Shown here in pieces: positions 10,231 to 19,516 of a stretch of 64,000 bases of DNA; the stretch's first letter is position 1, and the number at the start of each line of letters is the position of its first letter. Where the stretch lies: the IMG/VR virus record IMGVR_UViG_3300012078_000004, positions 1,788 through 65,787 of that record. One strand, written 5' to 3'. The notes below the pieces were generated by a model. It saw nothing but the letters and a program-made list of their open reading frames with translations, did no database searches and was not told the DNA's origin. This DNA is from a virus. A program made the translations under genes and the position numbers.

Positions 10231-10559
10231 ACCGTGTGCTCCATCAGTGGGAACAGCAGGTAGTCGACACCCAGTTTTTCCGGGGTGTCGCTCTCTGTGT
10301 TCACGCCAACCGGATCGAGATACCAGCGCGCCACCATCATCTTCATCGCCAACTGAATATCCTCGTCAGCAATGAAGCCCCGATCACATTCCGGCATTTT
10401 TTCCAGCTCGTCCTTGTTCGCAACCAGCTTGCAGCTATAACCGCGCTCAATGCTCCGCTGAGCAGCTCTTATCAGAGACTCGATGTGGCCATCGTGTTCA
10501 GTGAATTCTGGCTCGAGCCGCAGCTGGATCTTTACGTCAGATACCGTAAGGATACTCAT
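10227..10559 (-). CDS. Head-tail connector (gp6-like)
   Basis: VKIQLRLE...DGHIESLIRAA...IQLAMKMMVARWY. Confidence 0.85.
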   Translation of the reverse strand: MSILTVSDVKIQLRLEPEFTEHDGHIESLIRAAQRSIERGYSCKLVANKDELEKMPECDRGFIADEDIQLAMKMMVARWYLDPVGVNTESDTPEKLGVDYLLFPLMEHTV

Positions 10560-11091
10560 CGCCGGCGCTCCCCTTCATCAGCTTGTCGGCATCTTTTGGC
10601 CAACACGCATGGCCCCGTTCAACGAGCTGTCTCGCGTACTCAGGGCTAAAGCCCGCCAGATCGCCGCGTGAATAACGCTGATATGGACCGAGGAACACAA
10701 CGCTCACTCGCTCCAGTAGATTTTGCGTCACGTTGTCGCCTTCATTTGCACCTGGGACCGTGGTCCCATCGTTTTCATCATCCGGGTCCGACGCCGACTT
10801 ATCGCCGTTCGGGGCGTTCGGGTCCGACGCCGGCTTATCACCGTCCGGGGCGTTCGGGTCCGGTGCCGGCTTATCACCGTCCGGGGCGTTCGGGTCCGGT
10901 GCCGGCTTGTCGCCGTCCGGTGCGTCCGAGTCAGACGCCGGCTTGTCGCCCTCTGAGGCTTTCGATTTTGGCCCCGGCTGACTATCAACCTGCCCTTCAG
11001 TTACCACTTCTGGTCCATTCGTTGCAGGCGTTTTCTTTTCAGCTTTGGCGTCATTTTTAGCCGCCGGCGGATTCTTGTTCACTGCTGCCAT
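10537..11091 (-). CDS. Capsid-adjacent protein with Pro/Asp tandem repeats
   Basis: 184 aa; five GDKPAPDPNAPD-like units; small globular C-terminus. Confidence 0.75.
   Translation of the reverse strand: MAAVNKNPPAAKNDAKAEKKTPATNGPEVVTEGQVDSQPGPKSKASEGDKPASDSDAPDGDKPAPDPNAPDGDKPAPDPNAPDGDKPASDPNAPNGDKSASDPDDENDGTTVPGANEGDNVTQNLLERVSVVFLGPYQRYSRGDLAGFSPEYARQLVERGHACWPKDADKLMKGSAGDEYPYGI
10753..10768. promoter_or_regulatory. sopC-type palindrome 2 (intragenic)
   Basis: TGGGACCGTGGTCCCA. Confidence 0.85.
10771..10950. repeat. Five imperfect 36-bp tandem repeats
   Basis: GGCTTATCACCGTCCGGGGCGTTCGGGTCCGGTGCC-like units, in frame. Confidence 0.9.
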
Positions 11092-11106
11092 GATTTCTCA
11101 CCTATG

Positions 11107-11131
11107 AAAAAGCCCGCACGCAGCGGGCTTT
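11107..11131 (-). terminator. Terminator after major capsid gene
   Basis: AAAGCCCGC-TGCGT-GCGGGCTTTTT. Confidence 0.75.
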
Positions 11132-11148
11132 AGTTCGTGAAAATGGGA

Positions 11149-12429
11149 TTACCAGATGATGCCAGTACCCAGCACCAGACCTTCAACATGGCGGAAGCCG
11201 ATGTCGTGTTCGGTGACAACGCGGATCACTGACTGGTTGTTCGTGAACGCGGAGATCATGTTGCCTTCGGCATCTGGATACGTCGCCTCTTTCGAGAAGT
11301 CGATCTTCATGATGCCGTCTTCGCCGATGACCACATCGTTGAAGTCCGCAAAATAAACCTCAGATTCGTTCGAACCGGCTCCCAGATTCTGTGGAATGGC
11401 GCTGGTACGCTCGATCGGGTAGCCTTTCAGCATACCGTTTGCCATTTCTGGATAAACCTTATTGCCATTGCCATCGCGCAGGCCGTACAGCTTCATGTAG
11501 GAACGGTTCGACATGCCCCAGCCGCACTTGATCATGTTGCTGTTGCTGTCCATGGCCATCAGCATGATGTTATCCAGATACTGATCGATGGCATCAAGAA
11601 CCGGGTCCCCCGTCCATTTGATCGTGCGACCCGCCGCCGTAGCAACCGCTTTCATGCCTTTCGGCGTATCGCTGCTACCGTCATCTCGCATGAACGCCTT
11701 GTCTTCGCGAACAGCGATCGCTGTCAAGATGTCTTCCAGCACCAGTTGCTCCACATTAAAGCCGGCGCGACCGATCAGCTGGTTGGAGATTGGCACCAGC
11801 GCGATCATGGTCTTCGCGCTCAGCTTCACATCGCCGAACTTCGACTCGCTGGATTTCGCGGCTTTACCTTCACCGATGTAGTGCGCCTGAGCGCCACCGG
11901 ACATCTTCGGCAATGACATGTTGCCGTTAGGGAGCGGCATGGAGCGAGCACCCAACTTACGGACGATAGTGCGAGCGCTCAGCAGTTCAATAACTTCGCT
12001 GTGCATGTTCTGTGGAACCAGCGCGCCGCCGCTGTCCGCCGCTGTGCTGATGGCCATCGACAGATTTTTGTCGTTCAGGTCTTCTGCAGCAAATTTAGAT
12101 GCCTGCACCAAATCGCCTTTGCCGGCAGCAACCGCCATTACCATACGGGCCATGCCCGCGCCGGTGTACTGCTTCGGTTCTGGCTTAATAACAACGCCTG
12201 GGGCGTTGCCGTTAACGGCGCTCACTGGTGTGGCGACTGCCGCAGCCATGCGTTCTGCCGCTTCCAGCCGGCTAATTTGCGCGGTCAGCTCATCGAATTT
12301 TGCCGACAGCTTGTCGAACTCGGCCAGATCTTCAGCATTCAGCGTTTCACCGCCGGCTTCCCGCGCGGCCATAACCTGAACTTGCTGTTGGACACCCGCA
12401 CGCGCACGGCGTAATTCTTCAATATTCAT
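11149..12429 (-). CDS. Major capsid protein, HK97 fold with N-terminal delta domain
   Basis: GGALVPQ, LSAKTMIALVPISNQL motifs; coiled-coil N-terminus; start 12429 (or 12453). Confidence 0.93.
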   Translation of the reverse strand: MNIEELRRARAGVQQQVQVMAAREAGGETLNAEDLAEFDKLSAKFDELTAQISRLEAAERMAAAVATPVSAVNGNAPGVVIKPEPKQYTGAGMARMVMAVAAGKGDLVQASKFAAEDLNDKNLSMAISTAADSGGALVPQNMHSEVIELLSARTIVRKLGARSMPLPNGNMSLPKMSGGAQAHYIGEGKAAKSSESKFGDVKLSAKTMIALVPISNQLIGRAGFNVEQLVLEDILTAIAVREDKAFMRDDGSSDTPKGMKAVATAAGRTIKWTGDPVLDAIDQYLDNIMLMAMDSNSNMIKCGWGMSNRSYMKLYGLRDGNGNKVYPEMANGMLKGYPIERTSAIPQNLGAGSNESEVYFADFNDVVIGEDGIMKIDFSKEATYPDAEGNMISAFTNNQSVIRVVTEHDIGFRHVEGLVLGTGIIW

Positions 12430-12453
12430 GCTTTTTCTCTCGTTTTTAGACAT

Positions 12454-12479
12454 AAAAAAAGCAGCCGATTGGCTGCTTT
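12454..12479 (-). terminator. Terminator between protease and capsid genes
   Basis: AAAGCAGCC-AATC-GGCTGCTTT plus T tract. Confidence 0.75.
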
Positions 12480-12501
12480 CAGGTGACGCGTTTGCGCCGG
12501 G

Positions 12502-13419
12502 TTACATTTTTGCCTGCATGCCCATCGCCGCTGCGCGCATTTGGATGCGGCTCTGCGTTGGTTTCGCCTGATGGTACTTCGCTGCAATCGCGTTGATCGC
12601 CATCTGTGGGTCCGCCAACTCATCAGCAAGGCCTGCTTTGATACCTGCTTCTCCGCTAAAGCAGCGCGCCTGAGTGTCGATAACCGCTTGCAGCTTCATC
12701 CCGCGATATTCCGCGACGGAGTTCGTGAAAAGCTCATAGGCGCTATCGATCATCTGATCGATTTCTGCGCGCGCTGATTCGCTCAGCTTTTCGTGTGGAG
12801 AGCCGGTATTTTTGAAGTCGCCACGGTAGAACGTGGTAAACGTCAGGCCGACCTGATCTTCCCACCGTGACATTTCCATGTGCTCCATGATGACGCCGAT
12901 CGACCCGACGCCAGACGTTTGGCTCATCACGATGCGGCCGCACGCCGACGCGATGAAATACGCCGCCGAATATGCTGAATAATTCACGATAGCGGTGATC
13001 GGCTTGATGCTGCGAGACTGAAAAATATAGTCGGCCAGCTCTTTACAGCCCGACACCATGCCGCCGCCGGAGTTGATGTCCAGTACGATTTCACTGACTG
13101 CGTTATCGTTCAGTGCTGCGTATAACTGGGAGCGGATGCGCTCGTAGCTCGTCAATTCCGTGCAGGTCTCAGTGATCTGGCCACGCCGCGCGACCAGCAT
13201 GCCATGGACAGGAATGACCGCTACAACACCGCTTTCAACTGCCGGCGACGGCTCGGACACGGTATCAGCACCAAACGCCAAAATATCCTGCGTTGCCGCT
13301 ACACCCTTCAGGCGAGGAACCAGAACTGACTTCACAGAGTCGAGCATCTGCCGGGTGGCGTAATGCGGAACCCCAAACACTTCGCTGGCGAGGTGCGGAT
13401 AGTTGATCAACTTTTGCAT
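12502..13419 (-). CDS. S49 family head maturation protease
   Basis: LDINSGGG, AYSAAYFIASAC, GVGSIGVI motifs. Confidence 0.92.
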   Translation of the reverse strand: MQKLINYPHLASEVFGVPHYATRQMLDSVKSVLVPRLKGVAATQDILAFGADTVSEPSPAVESGVVAVIPVHGMLVARRGQITETCTELTSYERIRSQLYAALNDNAVSEIVLDINSGGGMVSGCKELADYIFQSRSIKPITAIVNYSAYSAAYFIASACGRIVMSQTSGVGSIGVIMEHMEMSRWEDQVGLTFTTFYRGDFKNTGSPHEKLSESARAEIDQMIDSAYELFTNSVAEYRGMKLQAVIDTQARCFSGEAGIKAGLADELADPQMAINAIAAKYHQAKPTQSRIQMRAAAMGMQAKM

Positions 13420-13430
13420 TTTTCACCTGT

Positions 13431-13456
13431 AAAAAAGCCCGCTTGCTGCGGGCTTA
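13431..13456 (-). terminator. Terminator between portal and protease genes
   Basis: AAGCCCGCAGCAAGCGGGCTTTTTT. Confidence 0.7.
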
Positions 13457-13588
13457 ACGTGGCTACTTCCAACTGCTCATTGAGCAGCTGAAGTGGAGCA
13501 TTAAAAATCCGGGCCACGTCATTATGAGTAAATGATCGGGCATCAATTTTGCGCAACGTATGCTCGCCCACTGATGCCGGCATCCGGT

Positions 13589-14851
13589 TTATTTTCTGCA
13601 CAGAACGGCCTCTATTTCTCGAATTTGCTGCGGGGATGCCGACGCCATCCCCGGCACCGCGCTGGTATCGATCATGTTGAGCGGGGTTAAATAGGTGTCG
13701 CCACCGGCGATCGGAGGCAGGTTCTCCATCCGGCGGATGTCATTGACCGACAGCCAGCCCCACTGCCGCCCTAGTGCATACGACTCATAGCGCGACTTCT
13801 GGTCCCCCCGTAGCAGCGAGGAGACGTTGAATTCGATATACAAATCGCGCCGCTCGCTCGGTAGCAACAGATCACGCATCATCGCCGACTCATGTCGCTT
13901 CAGCCATGCCAGGAGCGTGTACATCACGTACTGCAGCCCCTGATGCTCGATGTTGTTGTTCGTGCTTTTGTCCAGTAACTGGATCATGTGCGGTGGCACT
14001 TTGTATAACCGGCAAATTTCATTCACTGTCCACTGCCGGCTTTGCAGCAGCTGCGCCTTCTCATTGTCCTGAGAAAGCTGCTTGTACGTCATACCCTCCT
14101 GCAGCATACCGACAGAAAACGCGTTGCGAATACCGCTGTAGCGCTCCGTCCATTTTGAAAGGATTCGGTCGACCGCGTCTTGGCTGGCGATCGCTTTCAC
14201 GTCAGCTGGTCGCTCAATCACGCCGGACATTGTCGTGCCGTGCGAGAACACCTGCGCCGCGTGCTTATCAACCGCCAGCCCCAGCCCAAGAACATCAGCG
14301 TTCGTTTGAATTGGCGAGGTACCCAAATATCCATCGAGCGAAAAATACTTGATGTGGTGCACCATGCGCATCGGCAACGTTTCACCCAAATCGGGCAAAT
14401 GGTAATAGGGCAATGCATCCGGCCCTTTCATTACAATCACTTTCTTGGGGTTAACCGGGATCAGCTCAGTAATCTCGCCGGAGCCGGCGCGATCAATCAG
14501 CGCAAAGCTGTTCCCTTCCAGCCCCAGAACACCCTGGGTCTGTTCGTAATATTCGAACGATGTGTCCTTTTTATTCGGCTGGCTGTGGACGATATCGTAT
14601 AGCGCGTGATCCGTTGCGCGCTCCCGGCCACCGTCTTTGGTTCTGCGGTACAGTTCGCACGGCAGCTGCGCCACAGACTCTGCGAGCAGAGTGACACAGG
14701 CCCGAACTGCACCGATGGCCATCGCCGTTTCGGGCGTGACGATCATTCCAGAACTGCTTTGACTGCTGCTTACACCAGCCGGAACCGTTGTAAAATCTGC
14801 CCGTTTCCCGGCGGGTTGCCGGCGGCTCGATGTGCTGATTGGTAAAAACAT
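13589..14851 (-). CDS. Portal protein, HK97 family
   Basis: VRACVTLLAESVAQLPCELY, ICRLYKVPPHMI, LSVNDIRRMENLPPI. Confidence 0.95.
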   Translation of the reverse strand: MFLPISTSSRRQPAGKRADFTTVPAGVSSSQSSSGMIVTPETAMAIGAVRACVTLLAESVAQLPCELYRRTKDGGRERATDHALYDIVHSQPNKKDTSFEYYEQTQGVLGLEGNSFALIDRAGSGEITELIPVNPKKVIVMKGPDALPYYHLPDLGETLPMRMVHHIKYFSLDGYLGTSPIQTNADVLGLGLAVDKHAAQVFSHGTTMSGVIERPADVKAIASQDAVDRILSKWTERYSGIRNAFSVGMLQEGMTYKQLSQDNEKAQLLQSRQWTVNEICRLYKVPPHMIQLLDKSTNNNIEHQGLQYVMYTLLAWLKRHESAMMRDLLLPSERRDLYIEFNVSSLLRGDQKSRYESYALGRQWGWLSVNDIRRMENLPPIAGGDTYLTPLNMIDTSAVPGMASASPQQIREIEAVLCRK

Positions 14852-15048
14852 CAGTCGCCCTCACTTGCAGGGGCGGCAGGCTGATTTACCGACGCCATCT
14901 TTGCTGTCTGCCACGAAAACAGAAGAGCAAACAAACCGCCGACGATGTAGCCGGCAGGCGGATAAATTGACCATGCGCCGAACGAGATCAACGCAACACC
15001 CAGCAGGCCAATAATGAACCCGCTGATCACAATAATTTTCGTTAACAT
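14851..15048 (-). CDS. Small two-TM membrane protein
   Basis: Hydrophobic 65 aa coupled between terL and portal. Confidence 0.7.
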   Translation of the reverse strand: MLTKIIVISGFIIGLLGVALISFGAWSIYPPAGYIVGGLFALLFSWQTAKMASVNQPAAPASEGD

Positions 15049-16757
15049 GCCACGTCCGATTCGTCGTAGATGGAGCCGCCTGACTCCGTGCTGTGGAGCA
15101 TTGCGCGCCCAATAGCCATCAGGAGTGCAACTGCGCCGTCGATTTTTGATTGGTTATCGCCTTTGGTCGGGCGAACTCTGTCATCGCTACCGGGGACAAA
15201 CGCCCCTATCACGTTGCTGATACACCACTTCAGGATTGGATTACCGTCGTGATGGAATCGCCCCCCAGCCAGCGCCGCTTCCAGCTCCATCATTGGCGGA
15301 GACATATTGGTAAAGTCTTGGCGGATTTCTATTGGCTCAAACCCATTGTCGGCTAACTCATGCGATAACGCCGTCGCCCCGCTCGGGTCGATAGGGATAA
15401 TATTCATCCGCACACCACTTTCCTGTAGGGCCAATACACTGGCAAGAATTTCGCGATAGTCGGCTTCCGCACCATCCGTATCGATCAAGTCACCGCTATT
15501 AACCCATGCCTGGTATTTATCAGCCGCTTTGATGTGCTTCGGATCTGTTGAGTGGACGGTATCTTCTGGTACCCAGAACATAGGGCCGATGCAGTAGTAG
15601 TGCCGCTTCCCCTTAATTTCCCTGACGAACAATGGAATACCAGCGTTCAGGTCGAGTTTTTTCGCCAAATCCAACGCAAATATGCATTCATCCTGCCGGA
15701 AATCCTCAAACCGAAGGCTCTTGTCTTCAGCTGCTTTCCAGTGCTCCATGCTGAAGAACGCCGACGCTGCCGACACCCACATATTGAGGTGCTTGGTTTT
15801 TATTGCGTTAGTCTGACGCGGAACAGTGCGAGCGGTTTCCAGCTTTTTAACCAGATACTCGTAGCCAACCGATACACTTATGTTCGGGTTAGCCTTGATC
15901 AAGTTCGTAGGATCTTGCCAGTCGTCGCCGGGGTCCAGCTCGTAAATCATGCCGAAGATATGATCACCCGGCAGAATTCCGTCCAGTACCTCCTTCACCT
16001 CTTTATCCTTGTCGTAACAAGGTGAGGCGAGGTTGCTACCAGCAGTGGTGATAATAACGGTCAAAGGCTGGCTACGTGCGCCCATACCCGTTGTCATCGT
16101 CTGATATAGGGTGTCTGTCGAGTGTTCGTGATATTCGTCAATGATGGCGCACGACGGGGAGTCACCATCCCCAGGGTCGCCTACTACCGGGGCAAATATC
16201 GAACCATCCTCTCGGGTCAGCTTGTCGACCCAGACTTCTACACCAAAGTGCGAACGCAAGTTCGGCAGCATTCTGGCCATGTGGCGCGCTGGCGTGAAAA
16301 CCTTTTTGGCCTGACGCATTTGCGTAGCGCCGCAGTAGACCTCGGCTCCGTTCTCACCATCAGCACAGAACATATATATTCCAATGCCCGCAGCAAAAAA
16401 CGATTTACCATTTTTACGAGCAACTCGAATATATGCTTCAGTAAAACGGCGCTTTTTATCCTTCTTTCTCAACCAACCAAATATGCATGAGAAGATAAAT
16501 AGCTGCCACGGCTCTGCCTTGAGCTTTTGCCCTTTCAAATCGCCGCTGGAATGGGGGAGCAACTGCACAAAACGGCACGCACGTTCAGCCTTCTCTCGAT
16601 CAAACCGAAACGGGTAATCCTTATCGTTGATGCTCTTTTGCAGATCATCAATGTGGCGGTGGCACGCCATTTTGACGTAATTGCACGCCAGAATTTTCCC
16701 GCTGATGACGTCGCGCGCGTACTGCATCGCCGCGTTCACGTTTGGATATGTCGCCAT
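15042..16757 (-). CDS. terL: Terminase large subunit
   Basis: VARKNGKS Walker A, IIDEYHEH Walker B, KIDGAVA nuclease motif. Confidence 0.96.
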   Translation of the reverse strand: MATYPNVNAAMQYARDVISGKILACNYVKMACHRHIDDLQKSINDKDYPFRFDREKAERACRFVQLLPHSSGDLKGQKLKAEPWQLFIFSCIFGWLRKKDKKRRFTEAYIRVARKNGKSFFAAGIGIYMFCADGENGAEVYCGATQMRQAKKVFTPARHMARMLPNLRSHFGVEVWVDKLTREDGSIFAPVVGDPGDGDSPSCAIIDEYHEHSTDTLYQTMTTGMGARSQPLTVIITTAGSNLASPCYDKDKEVKEVLDGILPGDHIFGMIYELDPGDDWQDPTNLIKANPNISVSVGYEYLVKKLETARTVPRQTNAIKTKHLNMWVSAASAFFSMEHWKAAEDKSLRFEDFRQDECIFALDLAKKLDLNAGIPLFVREIKGKRHYYCIGPMFWVPEDTVHSTDPKHIKAADKYQAWVNSGDLIDTDGAEADYREILASVLALQESGVRMNIIPIDPSGATALSHELADNGFEPIEIRQDFTNMSPPMMELEAALAGGRFHHDGNPILKWCISNVIGAFVPGSDDRVRPTKGDNQSKIDGAVALLMAIGRAMLHSTESGGSIYDESDVAC

Positions 16758-16780
16758 CAGAGGTATCCATGATCAAAAAC

Positions 16781-16796
16781 TGGGACCGCGGTCCCA
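16781..16796. promoter_or_regulatory. sopC-type palindrome 3 between terS and terL
   Basis: TGGGACCGCGGTCCCA; mirror at 62793-62808. Confidence 0.85.
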
Positions 16797-16797
16797 G

Positions 16798-17235
16798 TTA
16801 GTAGCCTGCAAATTCGTTTCCTTTCTCTTCGTCGTTCGCCCCGCTGCCAGCACGCCGAACTCGGCTGGTCGGGTCCAGCCGCAGGACGACGCTGAGTCGG
16901 ATCAGTTGTGAGATGCACTTGTCGCGAGTCTTTATTGCTGCGGACAGCTTCGCGCCGCCGGCGGCAGTTTCATCTGACATGCCATCGTTTTTAATTTCCT
17001 GATTGGCGTCATACAGGATTTGGATTGTGTTGCAGTACTCCATCAGGAGAAAACAATCCTGCATTGCAAAATTACCGCTATCGACCAATATCTTGCACGT
17101 CCGCTTCCACGCATCGACCGCCATTTCCCCCATCAACTCGTCTGGCGGAGAAACTGCGCGAGTCAGCGTCTTTGTTTGAACCCCCGAGTTCACTGGTTTT
17201 GCGCCGGCACCCGGCGAGCGAATCCCTGCCGACAT
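16798..17235 (-). CDS. terS: Terminase small subunit, P27 family
   Basis: PPDELMGEMA...YCNT...LRLDPTSRVR. Confidence 0.88.
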   Translation of the reverse strand: MSAGIRSPGAGAKPVNSGVQTKTLTRAVSPPDELMGEMAVDAWKRTCKILVDSGNFAMQDCFLLMEYCNTIQILYDANQEIKNDGMSDETAAGGAKLSAAIKTRDKCISQLIRLSVVLRLDPTSRVRRAGSGANDEEKGNEFAGY

Positions 17236-17249
17236 CGCAGCACCTCAGA

Positions 17250-17400
17250 TGTTAAAAATGTTCGAAAAAAAAATTCTTATTACACGCGCGTAAAAATCTA
17301 CCTGAAGCGGCAGTCCCGGCGATCGAAAGGGGTTTGGGATTTGATCCCCCCTACCCCCTGAGAGCATTGGCTCAGACGCTCTGGGAGCGCCTGTGGCGAT
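17250..17400 (-). other. Candidate cos/packaging region
   Basis: Non-coding-looking stretch just upstream of terS with GGGGGTAGGGGGG and T-rich runs; HNH plus P27 terS imply cos packaging; cut site not determinable. Confidence 0.5.
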
Positions 17401-17407
17401 GCCATCA

Positions 17408-17587
17408 TCAGTTTGCTGCCAGCTCTGCGCCCAGCAGTGCGAGCGCGATATGCGCCTCACCGTTCGGATGCGCGGCCAACAATTCTCTAATGCTTGCCAC
17501 GCATTTCTTGACGGACTCCTGCGTTTCTGCAGGCAAATCAGCGATAGTGCCTTTGACTAGTAGCAAGGTTGCTTGTTCTTCAGTCAT
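17408..17587 (-). CDS. Hypothetical protein
   Basis: ORF from ATG 17587 (MTEEQ). Confidence 0.5.
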   Translation of the reverse strand: MTEEQATLLLVKGTIADLPAETQESVKKCVASIRELLAAHPNGEAHIALALLGAELAAN

Positions 17588-17636
17588 AACTTCGATCCCT
17601 TTACTCTTACCTGTTTCGTGATCAAAAAAGGTCGCC

Positions 17637-17870
17637 TTAGCGACCTTGGTAGTGATATTCGTAATGCCACGCGTGCGGCGATGTATCGACTCGTTCAAGC
17701 TTATAGACAAGCAAATACACCTTCCTGTTCGGATTTTCGTCCGATACAGGCTTCGTTAAAGGCTCAAGCTTAGGATGCATGTTGAGGTATGGCATCGGGG
17801 GGCTCTGGTTATCGCCATCAACACGAATCCATTCGCCATCATATTGACCGCCTACAAGCATGATATCCAT
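17637..17870 (-). CDS. Hypothetical protein
   Basis: SD GAGG; GGQYDGE N-terminus. Confidence 0.55.
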   Translation of the reverse strand: MDIMLVGGQYDGEWIRVDGDNQSPPMPYLNMHPKLEPLTKPVSDENPNRKVYLLVYKLERVDTSPHAWHYEYHYQGR

Positions 17871-17892
17871 GTACTACCTCGCCTCAGTCTCT

Positions 17893-18273
17893 CTATTGCG
17901 ACTTATTATTCAGGGTCTGTAGCCAGCCTTCAACCTTGTCTGTGTTGTGTGCTGCCATCATGTGGGGGTTGGCGTACTGGCGAACCATCATGTCAGCCCC
18001 ATAGATTAGCCTCATGGTTTCAGTAGCGAAACCCCAAGAATCACCAGTGCAATGCCAACCATCAAGGTACGCTACCCGGTGGATGACCACGTTGATTTCA
18101 ACATCAACCATTCTGATGAACCAATCCGGTGCTCCCTGCTCCTTGGCCTTCAAGCGCCAGTATGCCAACGTCTTCAACCTTGGGCTGCTTTTAATCTGTT
18201 CCGCATAGGACAACGCAATATCAATGCTTTGTTCTTTCGTCAGAGGTACGGCCAGATCTCTTAACCCTCTCAT
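17893..18273 (-). CDS. Hypothetical protein
   Basis: ATGA overlap with HNH stop. Confidence 0.6.
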   Translation of the reverse strand: MRGLRDLAVPLTKEQSIDIALSYAEQIKSSPRLKTLAYWRLKAKEQGAPDWFIRMVDVEINVVIHRVAYLDGWHCTGDSWGFATETMRLIYGADMMVRQYANPHMMAAHNTDKVEGWLQTLNNKSQ

Positions 18274-18635
18274 CGCCTAAACCTCTCCGTCGCAGTCTTC
18301 GCCCTGTGACACGGAGCGCACAGCGACTCAAGGTTGTCGTCTGCATCAGTCCCGCCGTGGGCTTTCGGTATGATGTGGTCGACATGTGTCGCCACGGTTC
18401 CAATGCCCTTTCTCTTACATGCCTGGCATACGTAGTTATCACGCTGCAGGATACGAGGGCGGCGGATGTCCCACTGTCGGCCATAGCCTCGCTCATGCCG
18501 AGACTTGCCGCCTGTATGCCTCTGCCAACCGTCGCCGGCGTGCTGCTCACGATGCTGGTCGCAATACCCAGATCGGTCATTGGTTAATGCCGCGCAGCCT
18601 GTATGGCGGCACGGTCTCTTTGTTCGTGGAGGCAT
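18270..18635 (-). CDS. HNH endonuclease (terminase-associated, HK97 gp74-like)
   Basis: MPPRTKRPCR; CQAC, VDHIIP, NLESLCAPCH. Confidence 0.92.
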   Translation of the reverse strand: MPPRTKRPCRHTGCAALTNDRSGYCDQHREQHAGDGWQRHTGGKSRHERGYGRQWDIRRPRILQRDNYVCQACKRKGIGTVATHVDHIIPKAHGGTDADDNLESLCAPCHRAKTATERFRR

Positions 18636-18821
18636 AGTAATCTCTGGTGTTGTCCGCTCTCTCGCGGGGTCACGCCGCTTCTTCCACCACGGCTGACGTT
18701 GCCGGCTTGATCCAGTTGCCACTGAGGTGTTGCCCGTTACTGACTCAACCAGCGCGCTCTGCATAAAGGAGCGATGCGTCTCTGCTAACGCTGACGGCGG
18801 CGACGGACGGCGCTTGATAGA

Positions 18822-19172
18822 TCAGGCGCCCCTGAGTTCTGGGTAGTTTTTATCGGATAACGTTGTGATTACATGGGTTAGCCGAGCGTTGCTATCACTG
18901 ACTTTTTCGGATAGGCCGTTGACCTCTTGAGCGATATGGTTCAGGCATTGAAGCACCTGATCATCAACTTTCACACCGAGGCTAACCGTCATTTGGCCAG
19001 CTTCATTTTGGCCACGCAATTTTGCGAATGCTGACTTCACCGCTTCAGCTGCCAAGTCGGCGGCAGTTTTATATCGGTCCGGTGACGTGCTGGCACATGC
19101 CTCAATCAGCAGCTTGGATAACGTTTCTTCTTCGATGCTGACCGACGATAGCGCCGTCATTTGGTTTTCCAT
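18822..19172 (-). CDS. Hypothetical protein
   Basis: 116 aa with SD GGAGA. Confidence 0.6.
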   Translation of the reverse strand: MENQMTALSSVSIEEETLSKLLIEACASTSPDRYKTAADLAAEAVKSAFAKLRGQNEAGQMTVSLGVKVDDQVLQCLNHIAQEVNGLSEKVSDSNARLTHVITTLSDKNYPELRGA

Positions 19173-19189
19173 GATGTCTCCGTTAATTA

Positions 19190-19516
19190 TCAGGCGAGCA
19201 GCTCGGCATAGCCGGCCATGTCTGCGCTAGGGATGTTCAGGACTGAAAACGTCTTCAGTCCCAGCTTGTAGGCATAGTGATACTCAGCCGTAGCACCCGG
19301 TGACGCCTTCCACCCAGGGAGCAGCAGAACACCATCAGCAGCCCGAACCATGGCAAAGCAAATGTCCATGTATTCGCCTTGGGTCAGACCAGACGGCAGA
19401 GTTGCCGGGTTGAGAACGACATGCCCGCGGGCTGTCAGGCGCGCGGCTTCTTTGTTGAAGGCATCACGATTGAAGTTCTCATGCCCGGTCATCGGGCCTG
19501 CAATATAGACCTTCAT
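19190..19516 (-). CDS. DUF4406-like protein
   Basis: MKVYIAGPMTG...VLNPA...YMDIC...LLPGWKASPGATAEY. Confidence 0.85.
   Translation of the reverse strand: MKVYIAGPMTGHENFNRDAFNKEAARLTARGHVVLNPATLPSGLTQGEYMDICFAMVRAADGVLLLPGWKASPGATAEYHYAYKLGLKTFSVLNIPSADMAGYAELLA

Noticed and set aside
10771-10950. CRISPR-like 36-bp repeats
   Set aside because: Contiguous, no spacers, in-frame coding, no cas genes
17284-17291. ACGCGCGT matching the telomere core near cos
   Set aside because: Only 8 bp, flanks lack the TATA/ATT arms; expected by chance
18644-18793. tRNA or group II intron domain V
   Set aside because: No TTCGA T-loop or cloverleaf and no domain V consensus; kept only as an unclassified structured-RNA candidate
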